A stretch of DNA of 64,000 nt from Planctomycetota bacterium. Lineage in GTDB: Bacteria > Planctomycetota > Brocadiia > JAADGH01. The notes under the pieces are model-generated. The model was not told the origin of the DNA. It made no database searches and saw nothing but the letters and a program-made list of their open reading frames with translations. Location of the stretch: contig JBFMAD010000006.1 of the NCBI GenBank assembly GCA_040755855.1, positions 32,001 to 96,000 of the forward strand, written 5' to 3'. The position numbers and the translations under genes were made by a program. The first letter of the stretch is position 1. Each line of letters begins with the position of its first letter. This document shows, piece by piece, positions 1 through 9,673 of the stretch.

Positions 1-1299
1 TTCACCTGCGACCGGGTGCAGAGCATCCGATTCAACAGCGACGAGCGCGATTTTGTGACGATGCGATTCCGCGACTGCTCCACAAGCGCCCTGGGACAGG
101 TGGTGTATTGGGATTGGGACTTCGGCGACGGAGGAAAAAGCCTGGACCAGAACCCTCGGCACGAGTACCTCAAGGCCGGCAAGTACAAGATGACGCTTCG
201 GGCCAAGGATAATCTCGGCTTCGAGGCCAACTGCGCCCGGGAGATAGAGGTCGTGGGACAGGACCCGGAGCGCATCACGGTGCGATTCGACATCGAAAAG
301 TCCCGCAACATCGTCCTGGCGGAGGAGCCGCTCGTTCTGGACCTCCGATTCCGCAGTTCGTCGGAAGAGACGCTTCCCCTCACCGTGGACACGCGCGTGG
401 AGGACGCGGACAGCGGCCTGCTCTCCATGGAACGCGATGCGATGGAGCTGCAAGAGAACCAGTGGCACATCGTCCGCCGCAGCTATCCCGCGCGTTTGAG
501 CAAGCATGTGCTCAAGTACACGCTGAGCTACCGGGACGTCCCTCTCGTGCGCCAGAAGGTAAGCGTCGTTCCGGCACCGGAGATCAAGACCCGCCTGGGC
601 ATCCATCACAACAGTCTGGTGGATGACGAGGGCAACTTAGTGGTGCTTCGCACGGTGGAGTCCGTGGCCCAGGGGGCGCGGGAGCTGCTTCGTCGGAAGC
701 TCCACGAGAAGGGCCCCCTGAAGATTGTGGTTTTCGACGACTCGCTCGGTCCTACCACACCCGGCAAAAATAGCTACCGCGACCTGTTGAAGGAGATGAT
801 CTCCCAGAACGGCGGCCGCCCGGTGGAGATGAAGCTGGCCGGGCAGACGCAGGGGGCGTCGGAATTCCCGCTCTATGTCCGCTTGTGCGACTTCCCGGTG
901 GATGTGGCGGCCGAGGAGCCGGATATCATCATCATCGTGTGCAGCATCGGCGACGTGCTCAACTACGTCCCGATCGAGATGTATCAGCGCTACCTGTCGG
1001 CGCTGGTGGACCAGGCGCTGGCCAGGCCGAAGGCCGCGCTGCTCCTGGTCTGTCCCCCGCCATTAGTGATGAAGCCGGACCTGAGCCGGGACTACGCCTA
1101 CGCGACGCTGCAGATGGGGCAGTTGAAGCGGCTTCCCGTGGTGGATCTCTACAGCGCCTTCTCCAACATGGGCACGCGCTGGAAGAAGCTGTTCCAGGAC
1201 GATCAGTATCAGAAAGACCCCGTCTATTGCCTCTACCCGAACAGTGAGGGGCAGCGAATCATCGCCGAGAAGATTTACCAAAAAATGATTGAGGAATAA
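1..1299 (+). CDS. PKD-domain protein with C-terminal SGNH/GDSL-like domain (5' truncated by window)
   Basis: Frame open from base 1; PKD signature YWDWDFGDG...PRHEY...GKY; C-terminal SGNH-like blocks (VVFDDSL, PDIIII, PVVDLY, YPNSEG). Confidence 0.7.
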   Translation, partial: FTCDRVQSIRFNSDERDFVTMRFRDCSTSALGQVVYWDWDFGDGGKSLDQNPRHEYLKAGKYKMTLRAKDNLGFEANCAREIEVVGQDPERITVRFDIEKSRNIVLAEEPLVLDLRFRSSSEETLPLTVDTRVEDADSGLLSMERDAMELQENQWHIVRRSYPARLSKHVLKYTLSYRDVPLVRQKVSVVPAPEIKTRLGIHHNSLVDDEGNLVVLRTVESVAQGARELLRRKLHEKGPLKIVVFDDSLGPTTPGKNSYRDLLKEMISQNGGRPVEMKLAGQTQGASEFPLYVRLCDFPVDVAAEEPDIIIIVCSIGDVLNYVPIEMYQRYLSALVDQALARPKAALLLVCPPPLVMKPDLSRDYAYATLQMGQLKRLPVVDLYSAFSNMGTRWKKLFQDDQYQKDPVYCLYPNSEGQRIIAEKIYQKMIEE

Positions 1300-1305
1300 G
1301 ATCGA

Positions 1306-2265
1306 ATGAAACACCAAGAAGCGCGGTTGGTAACCTCCGTCACGGGTATTCTGGTGATGTTCATCATCGGCGTCTCCGTGCTGGCGGGATTCATGCTCCT
1401 TCAGATTCGGTTCCAGCGGCAGAGGGAAGGGAAGCTGGAGCAGGACAAGGACCGTGTGGGCCAGTGGATGAAGGAGCGGGAGGGACTCGAGAAGCAACTG
1501 ACGGCCGTGCAGCAGAAAGGGGAGGCGGCGCAGGGCGCCATGGCTGAGGCCAAGGAGCAAATCCAACGGTTTGAGAAGACGCTGGCCATCGAAAAGGGCG
1601 CAAACGACAAGATTCGCGCTGAATTGAAGGCGCACTGGGAGCAACTGGAGACCGCCAAGGCCCAGATCGCCAAGGTGTCGGGAGAGCTGGCCGAGGCGAA
1701 GAGCAAGGCGACGGCGGACACGGCGGCCCTCGCCAAAGAGCGGGACCAGATCAAGGACCAGTTGCAGGCGGCGAACCAGGCAAAGGCCGATGCCGAGGGC
1801 AAGACCGCCGCGCTGGCTAAGGACCTCGAGGCCAAAACCGCCGCGACGAACGCGGCCATGGCCGAGCGGGACAAGGGCAAGATCGAGCTTCAGTCCCTGG
1901 CCAATGCCAAGGCCGCCGCTGAGGCCAAGGTCAACGAGCAGGCGAAGCAGCTCGCTGCTGCAGCCGACGATGCTCAAAAGCTGAACGCCACAATCCAGCA
2001 ACTGGCGGCGGCCAAGGCGGAGATCGAGAAGAAGCTGATGGGGCTTCAGGAGGCCAACGCCTCTCTGACGAACCAGGTCGAATCCGAGAAGGCCCGCGCC
2101 TCCAAGGCCGAGGGGACCGCCGCCGCCGCTCAAAAAGAGATTGACGATTTGAAGAAGCAGAAAAAGGACCTCGAGGCGCAGATCGCCGAGTTGAAAAAGC
2201 AGATCCCCCCGGCGAAACCGGCGGCTAAAGAGGGTTCGCAGCCGACAACCGCCGAGAAGAAGTAG
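1306..2265 (+). CDS. Membrane-anchored long coiled-coil protein
   Basis: N-terminal hydrophobic helix followed by about 270 aa of A/K/E/Q-rich heptads; GAGGA RBS upstream. Confidence 0.75.
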   Translation: MKHQEARLVTSVTGILVMFIIGVSVLAGFMLLQIRFQRQREGKLEQDKDRVGQWMKEREGLEKQLTAVQQKGEAAQGAMAEAKEQIQRFEKTLAIEKGANDKIRAELKAHWEQLETAKAQIAKVSGELAEAKSKATADTAALAKERDQIKDQLQAANQAKADAEGKTAALAKDLEAKTAATNAAMAERDKGKIELQSLANAKAAAEAKVNEQAKQLAAAADDAQKLNATIQQLAAAKAEIEKKLMGLQEANASLTNQVESEKARASKAEGTAAAAQKEIDDLKKQKKDLEAQIAELKKQIPPAKPAAKEGSQPTTAEKK

Positions 2266-2271
2266 GGGTAA

Positions 2272-4641
2272 GTGGTAATGCGATATATCATTCGAACATG
2301 TTTCGCGCTTCTGCTGCTGGGCGGCCTTGTCGCGTCTGCGCAGCAGCAGGGCGAGGTCCTGTTCGATTTTGAGTCCACGCCGGGGGAATGGCGTCTGGAA
2401 AACGGGAATCCGCCGGAGATCGCATCGGGCCTCGGCGACCGCGCCGGCGGGGCGCTGGTCCTCCCCGTCTCATTCCCCCAGGATGCCGCGATCCTCTTTC
2501 GACAGAAAAAGAGTTGGACGGGCTGTGACCGGATTTCCTTCGACGTCTTTGTGCCCAAAGACGGCCCGCGCGACGTCCAGGCCATGGCCTATGTGGTTGA
2601 CAGCAATCACCATTGGTATCAAGCCTTGGAACGACGCTGGCTGGAACGGGGAAAATGGAATACGGTCACCTTCGACATCTCGGACGACTCCGACCGATGG
2701 GAGTTCGAGGGCCACTTCCAACCGTGGGACAGCTACGTCAAGCGCGATCTCTGCGAGGCGGGCATCAAACTCCTCAGCAAGAATACCTACCAGGGATCGG
2801 CGGCCATTGACAACATCCGCCTGTATTCCGTCTCGAAGAAGGGCAAGGTCCCCCCGCTGCAGCTCGTCAACTTCCGCACAAACCAGGAGACCGTCCCCCT
2901 CTACCACAAGTTTGAGATCACGTTCAATCTCTCGCGCAGCTACGAGAACCCCTTCGATCCCGACCAGATTGACCTCCGCGGCCATTTCATCTCCCCCAGC
3001 GGCAAGGTGACCACCGTCCCCGGTTTCTTCTATCGCAGTTACATCCGAACCATGCAGGCCAAAGGAGAAGACCTGTGGGAGGTCCTCACGCCCTTCGGCT
3101 GCAGCGAGTGGAAGATCCGATTCACCCCCACCGAAACGGGGACCTATCGGTTCTTTGTCGAAGTGGACGACGGCGACAACTTGAAGACCGGCATCCGCTC
3201 CTTCCAGGCCACTCCGTCCAAACGGCCGGGCTTTGTTCAGATCAGCAAGAGCGACCGGAACTACTTCGAGTGGACCAACGGCGATTTCTTCTATCCTATC
3301 GGCCACAACGTCACCGCCACGTTCGACGAGCGCAACGCAGCGAACCTCGGCATTGACCTGCTCTACCACCGCGGCACATGGGCCTACGACCGCTACTTCA
3401 AGGGCATGGCCGAGAACAAGGAGACCCTCGCCCGCGTCTGGATGTCGTCCTGGAACCTGGCCATCGAGTGGAGCCCCGAATACGCCTCCCACTACCAGGG
3501 GCTGGGACGCTACAGCATGGAGAACGCCTGGCGCATGGACTACATCCTCGAACAGGCCGAGGAAAAGGGCATCTACGTGGCGATCACCTTCGAGCCGCAT
3601 GGTCACTGGATCACCACCATCAAGGAAGAGAGCGACTGGCACTACAACCCCTACAGCAAGGAAGCCGGCGGAGAGCTGGAACACCCGGCCCAGTTCTTCC
3701 TCGAACCGGAGGCCAAGCGCCTCTACCTCCGGAAACTGCGATACATCCTCGCCCGCTGGGGATACAGCCCCGCCGTATTCTCGTGGGAGATCTTCAACGA
3801 GATTGACCTCGGCCACACCTACTATGCAAAGATGGCCACCCAGATCATCCAGTGGGAGAGAAGCATCGCACAGTACATCAAGGCCCAGGACCAGGGCAGG
3901 CACCTCATCACCAGCAACCGCTACTGGTGGGACAAGGCCGCCTACCTCCACCGCCAGCCGGAGATCGAATACACCTCCGCGCACCTATTCGGCGAGGACC
4001 CCATCGGCCAAGCCAAGAACGCCTACCGCGCCATGCTGCCGTACGAAAAAATATTCGTGATTTCGGAACTGGCAGAAAATGTCTACGGCGGCACGCGGGA
4101 ACGCACGGGAGAGTTCATGCACGTCGCCCTGTGGAGCAGCTACATGCTCCCCATGGCCACCCACGGCTGGCCGTGGTGGTGGGACTTCATTGACGAGGAA
4201 AACCTCTACTTCCACTTCAAGGCCCTCGCCAATTTCAACGAGGGCGAGGACCGGAGGGGCAAGAACCTGCAAACCGCCTCCTCCCCCAAGCCCGGCGAGC
4301 GGTGGGCTCCCGGCATGATCCTCATCGCTGCCGAGAATGGATCCAAGGTGGAGCGCGTGGGCGCGGAGTGCCTCTTCAACGACCAGCAGTTCCACGCATG
4401 GATTTACGACCAGAAGCTCATCGCCCCCACGTACGAGCAGTATCCCATGCCGCCGCGCCTCGTCCTGGCGGTTGACGGCCTGCGCAACGGCGTGTATGAC
4501 GTCGAGTTCTGGGACACATACAACGGGGTGGTCACGAGCCGGGCCGAGCTGCGCGTCCAGGGCGGGCCCGCCAAGCTCGCCCTCCCGAAATTCGAGAAGG
4601 ACATGGCCCTGAAGATCCGCCCCGCCTGCCGGGAAAAGTAA
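2272..4641 (+). CDS. Secreted glycoside hydrolase, DUF5060 plus clan GH-A (GH5-like) domain
   Basis: Signal peptide; YENPFDPDQI...F.SPSG...VPGF...WKIRFTP DUF5060-like segment; ARWGYSPAVFSWEIFNE acid/base motif; FVISE nucleophile motif. Confidence 0.75.
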   Translation: MVMRYIIRTCFALLLLGGLVASAQQQGEVLFDFESTPGEWRLENGNPPEIASGLGDRAGGALVLPVSFPQDAAILFRQKKSWTGCDRISFDVFVPKDGPRDVQAMAYVVDSNHHWYQALERRWLERGKWNTVTFDISDDSDRWEFEGHFQPWDSYVKRDLCEAGIKLLSKNTYQGSAAIDNIRLYSVSKKGKVPPLQLVNFRTNQETVPLYHKFEITFNLSRSYENPFDPDQIDLRGHFISPSGKVTTVPGFFYRSYIRTMQAKGEDLWEVLTPFGCSEWKIRFTPTETGTYRFFVEVDDGDNLKTGIRSFQATPSKRPGFVQISKSDRNYFEWTNGDFFYPIGHNVTATFDERNAANLGIDLLYHRGTWAYDRYFKGMAENKETLARVWMSSWNLAIEWSPEYASHYQGLGRYSMENAWRMDYILEQAEEKGIYVAITFEPHGHWITTIKEESDWHYNPYSKEAGGELEHPAQFFLEPEAKRLYLRKLRYILARWGYSPAVFSWEIFNEIDLGHTYYAKMATQIIQWERSIAQYIKAQDQGRHLITSNRYWWDKAAYLHRQPEIEYTSAHLFGEDPIGQAKNAYRAMLPYEKIFVISELAENVYGGTRERTGEFMHVALWSSYMLPMATHGWPWWWDFIDEENLYFHFKALANFNEGEDRRGKNLQTASSPKPGERWAPGMILIAAENGSKVERVGAECLFNDQQFHAWIYDQKLIAPTYEQYPMPPRLVLAVDGLRNGVYDVEFWDTYNGVVTSRAELRVQGGPAKLALPKFEKDMALKIRPACREK

Positions 4642-4692
4642 CAACCCTGGGCCGTCTCGCACCGGGCATGCCATGCAAAGGAGAGGGAGAAA

Positions 4693-6393
4693 ATGCCAAA
4701 GACCTTTGCCCGTATCGTTGTCATCCGACCCAAAGCGATTGACATTCGTCCCCCTATCGAACTCTCCTTGAACATCCTGGGCATCCAGATGCTCCTCGAA
4801 CAGGAGGGTATCTGCCACGACGTCGGCACGGTCGATCGGGACTTCGCCGATGCGACCACGATCATCGTCGCCGATGTGCTGGGCCTGACGGAGGATGAGC
4901 AGCGCGCCGTCATGGACCTGGCCGACCACCTCCCCCTCCTGTACGTCGGTGTGCCTCTGGACGGGCCGTTGAAATCCGGGATGGGCCTGGAGCGCAGCCG
5001 GGTGATCGAGAACCCTCCCCTGCGCGTGGTGCAGCTCCCCCGCCATGCCATCGCCGCGGGGCTGTCCCTGCCGGAGGAGAGAAACCTTAAAATCAAATAC
5101 GCGCCCCATCTCGCGGATGACGGAACCAGCTCGTCGCGCCTGCGGGAGGCAGCGAGCGTCTGCCTGCACGACGGGCGCCGCATGGGCCCGGCTGTGCTCG
5201 TCTCCACGGAAAGACCGCGCAAGGTCGTCATCCCCTTCGCCCTCGGGCAGGCCGCGGCCTGCCAGGTCTTCAAGCACGGCGATCTGCGGTTCGACCTGGA
5301 CCTCTTCGACTACCCCCTGCACACGACGGTGGACTCCCTCCGCACGATCCTGCGCAACGCCATCCTGTGGGCGAACCCCGACGCCATCCTCCTGCGGCCA
5401 TACTACTGGCCCGTATGGAAGAGCGACATTCCCCACGGCTGCTTCTGCCTCAACCACGATCTCTGCGGCTACCGCAAGGAAGGGCTTGTCAACATCAAGG
5501 CCGCCTGCCGCAAGGCGCGGGCGACGACCACATTCTTCGACTTCCCGCCGTTTCGCCTGAAGGCCGGCGAGCCGGAGGGCCACGACGTCGCCATCCACGT
5601 CCCCGACTCGACGCCGTTGGAGAAAATTGTTGAGGCCCGCGCCGAGCTGGGCAAAATTCACAGCCGTGAGATTCGCGGCTGGCGCCGCCACGGTCCCACG
5701 TACCCCGAAAACTGGCCCGGCGTCTGGCAGCGCATGGAGGAGGCGGGGATCAAGTGGTCCACCGCATTCGGCGTCCAGACCATGTCGTGGACGATCCGCT
5801 CCGAGGGCACGGCCCAGGCCAATCGCCTCCCCGCGCGGGTGATTGACGGCCAGCGCGGCCGGCGCCTCAACATCCTGGAAATCCCATCCTTCGACTCCGA
5901 GGACGCCGAGCGACTGTCCGACATCCACTACGGTCCCAAGCTCGACTGGCCGACGTTCCACAGCTACGTAACCCGCCGACTCGACTTCGCCGCACGGCAC
6001 AACCTGATGGCCGGATACCTCATCCACGGTTGGACGGCGGGCGTGGCGAAGGAGGCCGACGGCCTTTACGGGGCGCTGGACGGTCAGCGGATGATGCGCG
6101 AAGTCCTTCGGATGGCGAAAGAGCGGCAGTTACTCACCCCCGGTCATGAGTGGGTCTATGACTGGTGGACCTGGCGGGAGAGGGTCCGCATCGCAGGCGG
6201 CCTCATCAACCTGCCTTCCGACGACTTCGCTCCGGCCATTGAGTTCCTGTCGGCCAGCAAGCTGCCCGCAGAGATGCAGGTCGGTGGCAGGCGGGTCCGT
6301 CTCCGCGAGTGGCCTGTCCGCCGGAGCAGGATGCTGGCGGTTGATCCCGGTCGCATCGGAACAACGTTCCAGATCGAATTTCTCTCCAAATAG
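4693..6393 (+). CDS. Hypothetical protein with polysaccharide-deacetylase-like C-terminal region
   Basis: 566-aa ORF with strong RBS; LNHD, HDVAIH, GWRRHG and LIHG motifs resemble NodB/CE4-like folds. Confidence 0.5.
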   Translation: MPKTFARIVVIRPKAIDIRPPIELSLNILGIQMLLEQEGICHDVGTVDRDFADATTIIVADVLGLTEDEQRAVMDLADHLPLLYVGVPLDGPLKSGMGLERSRVIENPPLRVVQLPRHAIAAGLSLPEERNLKIKYAPHLADDGTSSSRLREAASVCLHDGRRMGPAVLVSTERPRKVVIPFALGQAAACQVFKHGDLRFDLDLFDYPLHTTVDSLRTILRNAILWANPDAILLRPYYWPVWKSDIPHGCFCLNHDLCGYRKEGLVNIKAACRKARATTTFFDFPPFRLKAGEPEGHDVAIHVPDSTPLEKIVEARAELGKIHSREIRGWRRHGPTYPENWPGVWQRMEEAGIKWSTAFGVQTMSWTIRSEGTAQANRLPARVIDGQRGRRLNILEIPSFDSEDAERLSDIHYGPKLDWPTFHSYVTRRLDFAARHNLMAGYLIHGWTAGVAKEADGLYGALDGQRMMREVLRMAKERQLLTPGHEWVYDWWTWRERVRIAGGLINLPSDDFAPAIEFLSASKLPAEMQVGGRRVRLREWPVRRSRMLAVDPGRIGTTFQIEFLSK

Positions 6394-6416
6394 TCCCCCT
6401 ATAGCCCGTTCGCCGT

Positions 6417-6431
6417 GTGCACAATCGTGCA
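6417..6431 (+). promoter_or_regulatory. Palindromic TGCAC-N4-GTGCA site, candidate enhancer (UAS)
   Basis: GTGCACAATCGTGCA; exact reverse complement occurs at 8578-8592. Confidence 0.55.
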
Positions 6432-6506
6432 CATTAAATTGGCATAAGTTGCCATTTTAACTTGACTTATGGCCAATCGTAGTGTAAACTAAAATACTAC
6501 GCTGAT

Positions 6507-6521
6507 TGGCTCACACCTTGA
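6507..6521 (+). promoter_or_regulatory. Sigma54-like promoter (-12 GA variant)
   Basis: TGGCTCACACCTTGA, 75 nt downstream of the palindrome and about 50 nt upstream of the ATG at 6572. Confidence 0.4.
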
Positions 6522-6571
6522 ACGGTTACCAGGCTTCACGCTGCGGCGGTGAAGGGAAAGGAGGCATTGCG

Positions 6572-7657
6572 ATGTCGAGGGAAGAGAGGCCGGGGATCAT
6601 TTTGTCGTTCGCCGAATTGCTGCGTGCGACGACAGGGTTGATCTGGGTTTTCGTTATGGTAATTCTTCTCGCCGGCGCGGGGTGGGTGATCGTCGGCAGG
6701 TCACGGCCCCATGACCGCGACCGATATGCCCCGCGGGCGAAGGGGATCCCGAAGCCCATTGACTGGGCCCAGGTGGACGCGGAGATCGCCGCCTCGATGA
6801 AGGAGTCCCGCGCGGCGGCGGAGAGGTATGCGTCGGACCAGCTCGACCTGTGGACGGCGGCCCTGATGGATCGGGTGGACGCGGAATTCCTGGGATGGTT
6901 TTTCGGGTACTTCAACCAGCAGATTCTCGGTCTGAAGGGCCTCGGCTACGGGGCCATCCACTGGTGGGACGGCGAGCGGCCCACCGCCGCCGAGCGGCTG
7001 ACGGAGGAATTCCAGGAGGAGTTCGCCAAGCGCGTCCTTCGCCCGCAGATCGCCCAGCTCGAGATGGAGCGCATTGCGCAGAGGGCGGTCGAGATATATG
7101 TCGAGCGTCTCCGGGCCGGTCTTGCTGTGATCCCAAATAAGTACAACATCCCGAGGCCCGATTGGGAACGCCATCTGCATGACATGGCGATGATCGCCGA
7201 GGGGGTGGAGGGCAACCGCGAGGTAACGCTCACGATGAAGACCCTCACCGTCTCGACGGCGGCGACAGCGGTTGTGCTGGGCAAGGCGCTCCAGAGCAGC
7301 CTCCGGCGCGTGGCCACGCGGGTGTCGGGGAAAATATCGGGTGGGATGGCCTCGAAGGCCGCGGGCAGGCTGGCGGCGAAGACCGGCGGCAAGGTCGGGG
7401 CGAAGGTCAGCGGCAAGTTCCTGGGACCGATCATCGGGGCGGGGATTATTTTCTGGGATGTTTACGACCACCATCGCACGAAGAAGATCGAGGGGCCGAT
7501 CCTGCGACAGAACATCGCCGACTACCTGGCCGAGACGAGGCATATGCTGCTCACCGACCCGGAGACCGGCATCCTGGCGCCGATCCACCAAATCGAGGGG
7601 GCCGTGATCGAATCAACGCGACAGGTGGCGAGTGCTGAGCGTGTCCAGGCGGGGTGA
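6572..7657 (+). CDS. Hypothetical membrane-associated protein
   Basis: AAAGGAGG RBS before ATG 6572; N-terminal TM helix; Gly/Ala/Lys-rich amphipathic C-terminal region. Confidence 0.75.
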   Translation: MSREERPGIILSFAELLRATTGLIWVFVMVILLAGAGWVIVGRSRPHDRDRYAPRAKGIPKPIDWAQVDAEIAASMKESRAAAERYASDQLDLWTAALMDRVDAEFLGWFFGYFNQQILGLKGLGYGAIHWWDGERPTAAERLTEEFQEEFAKRVLRPQIAQLEMERIAQRAVEIYVERLRAGLAVIPNKYNIPRPDWERHLHDMAMIAEGVEGNREVTLTMKTLTVSTAATAVVLGKALQSSLRRVATRVSGKISGGMASKAAGRLAAKTGGKVGAKVSGKFLGPIIGAGIIFWDVYDHHRTKKIEGPILRQNIADYLAETRHMLLTDPETGILAPIHQIEGAVIESTRQVASAERVQAG

Positions 7658-7660
7658 GGG

Positions 7661-8434
7661 TCATCCAGCCGGCTGCCAGATGTTGTCGTCATGCCCGCGG
7701 TTATGTTCGCCCTCCGCGAGGAGGTCGTCCCAGCAGCCGTCGCCGTCTTGGGCGGCGGCGGAGTAGGCTGCGCGGTAGTCGCGCACATCCCTGCCCTTGC
7801 CCAGGTATGGGGTAACCGTCATGGTGGTGCTGCGAATTCTGCCGAGTTCGTTGACGAAGAAGGCGCGCGTCCCGCCGGCGAGGCTGAGGTCGGGCCAGGC
7901 ATAGAGGCAGAAACTGTTTTCCTGCATGTTGATCTGGGGCCGATCTGTGGTTGCGTCGAGCGCCTCGCCCCACCGACCAGCCCGGCAGCCGCTGCCTCGA
8001 TCATCCATGGCATCGCCGGGCCGATCGTTGCACCGGCACGTCGCCGCGAGGAAGAGACGGAACCGGTACCCCGAATGGGCCGCTGTTCCGTCTCCTCCCG
8101 CGCCGCGAGTGTGGAGGGCGTCGGGGAGGTACGCGGGATGCACTGGCGCCGCAGGAACCTCGGCAAAGCCTTTTCGTTTCCGGGGAGGGAGTTCACCGGA
8201 GAGTTCGCAGAGGAATCCATGCTCCCCGATCCCATCCTCGTCCTGGTCGGTTTCGAGGCTGGTCTTGTAGATGCCCTCCTGTACGGCGACTCGTCTGAGT
8301 TGCGCAACGACCTCCGCTTCGCTTGCGGCCATCCTGGACCGGAGTACGTTGGGGACGGCGACGGCCGCAAGGCTCGCGACAATGACGACCACGATCATTA
8401 GCTCTGAATATGTGAATCCTCTATCATCTTTCAT
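7661..8434 (-). CDS. Type IV pilin-like protein with prepilin N-terminal cleavage site
   Basis: RG|FTYSELMIVVVIVASLAAVAVPN class III signal (Glu at +5); C-terminal FCLYAWP...RAFFVNELG. Confidence 0.8.
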   Translation of the reverse strand: MKDDRGFTYSELMIVVVIVASLAAVAVPNVLRSRMAASEAEVVAQLRRVAVQEGIYKTSLETDQDEDGIGEHGFLCELSGELPPRKRKGFAEVPAAPVHPAYLPDALHTRGAGGDGTAAHSGYRFRLFLAATCRCNDRPGDAMDDRGSGCRAGRWGEALDATTDRPQINMQENSFCLYAWPDLSLAGGTRAFFVNELGRIRSTTMTVTPYLGKGRDVRDYRAAYSAAAQDGDGCWDDLLAEGEHNRGHDDNIWQPAG

Positions 8435-8487
8435 GGCGCACTCATCATCCTGTCCAACGCACTATGGTTTCGGGCGGGTTTCCGCAG

Positions 8488-8503
8488 CGCAAATACAATG
8501 CCG
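8488..8503 (-). promoter_or_regulatory. Sigma54 (-24/-12) promoter of the pilin-like gene
   Basis: Minus strand CGGCATTGTATTTGCG = GG-N10-GC with TTGC, 54 nt upstream of the start. Confidence 0.6.
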
Positions 8504-8577
8504 ATCCCGGGCGATATTGAAGCAACCAGCGTGTGGGCAACTAGTTACAGATTGAATGTCTTTGAACGCATCCTGAT

Positions 8578-8592
8578 TGCACGATTGTGCAC
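8578..8592 (-). promoter_or_regulatory. Palindromic TGCAC-N4-GTGCA site, candidate enhancer (UAS)
   Basis: Identical in reverse complement to 6417-6431; 74 nt upstream of the sigma54 motif. Confidence 0.55.
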
Positions 8593-8764
8593 GTGACGCA
8601 TTTTGTCAGTCACGGCATGGTCTGCGTAGGAGGAGTGACAGTTTTTGTCACCGGCACCGTTCGATTATGAGCGAGGGATCCTTTCTATGGTAGCAGCAAG
8701 GGCCTCCGCAATCCATCGCTTGGAGGCCCTGCTTCGCCCCGGATTCAGTCCAGCCCCCGACTCG

Positions 8765-9673
8765 TCACCGTCTGCGGCCGCGTCCGCCGGACCTTCCCCC
8801 GCCGAAACCGGACCGGGAGAACCCATGGGACCGGCCACCGCTGCCGCCCGCGCCATAGGAGGGCCGACCGGGAACGCCACTATACGGCTTGTACTGCTTA
8901 TTGTTATAGGGTACGAGACCATTGTTTGAAGATGTCCCCTGCAGACGGTTGCCATAGGTCTGCGTTTTCTGGCTGCCGGTCGTGGGGGCTTGGCGGTTGT
9001 AATAGTACGGAGCGCCCGGTGTGCCTTCCACCGTGCTGTTATGCGTGATGGTGTTTCCGGAGCGCGACCATGTACCTTGGGCCTGGACCTTCCCTTCATT
9101 CGGGCCGGTGGTTGCACCCTCGCGAGTAACGGTGCTACCGTCTTTTGTCCAAGTCGCCTTTTGCTGGACCGTTTGGTCAGTGGGACCCGTGATGGTTCCC
9201 TCATGGGTAATAGTGTTCCCCTCCTTGGTCAATGAACTGTTCGCTGTTATGGTGTTTCCGTTCGGGCCTGTGGTGGTTGCATCGCGGGTGACCGTATTTC
9301 CGTCCTTAGTCCAAGTACCGGTGTGTTGCACGGTCTGGCCGTTTGGGCCGGTGATGGTGCTCTGGCAGATCGCTGTGCCATTTATCGGGTTCCATGTTCC
9401 ATATCCATAGACGGCGGCTGCGTAGGCGGCAGGGTATGCGCCTGCATACACGACGCAGGCGTCATCGCAAAACCAGGCGGTTGCGGGGATGTAAAGGTAG
9501 CCGCAGGGGATGTAGAAGACATAGACCTCTCCACCCTCGTCTTCCTCTTCCTCCTCGACGCAATAATACGAATAATACTCGGAATCGTCATAGACCTCGT
9601 TTTCCTGGGCCTGCGCCTCAAGGGTAAAGGCGACCGTAAGCAGGGCAGCCAGAACCAGTTTGCTCGTTTTCAT
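8765..9673 (-). CDS. Secreted protein with four 27-aa Thr/Gly-rich repeats and a Gly/Arg-rich tail
   Basis: GAAAGGAG RBS; signal peptide MKTSKLVLAALLTVAFTLEAQA; TGPxG repeats; alternative start 9712. Confidence 0.75.
   Translation of the reverse strand: MKTSKLVLAALLTVAFTLEAQAQENEVYDDSEYYSYYCVEEEEEDEGGEVYVFYIPCGYLYIPATAWFCDDACVVYAGAYPAAYAAAVYGYGTWNPINGTAICQSTITGPNGQTVQHTGTWTKDGNTVTRDATTTGPNGNTITANSSLTKEGNTITHEGTITGPTDQTVQQKATWTKDGSTVTREGATTGPNEGKVQAQGTWSRSGNTITHNSTVEGTPGAPYYYNRQAPTTGSQKTQTYGNRLQGTSSNNGLVPYNNKQYKPYSGVPGRPSYGAGGSGGRSHGFSRSGFGGGRSGGRGRRR

Noticed and set aside
9029..9352. 81-bp periodicity as a possible CRISPR or DNA repeat array
   Set aside because: Conserved at protein level with synonymous divergence; no identical repeats, spacers or cas genes
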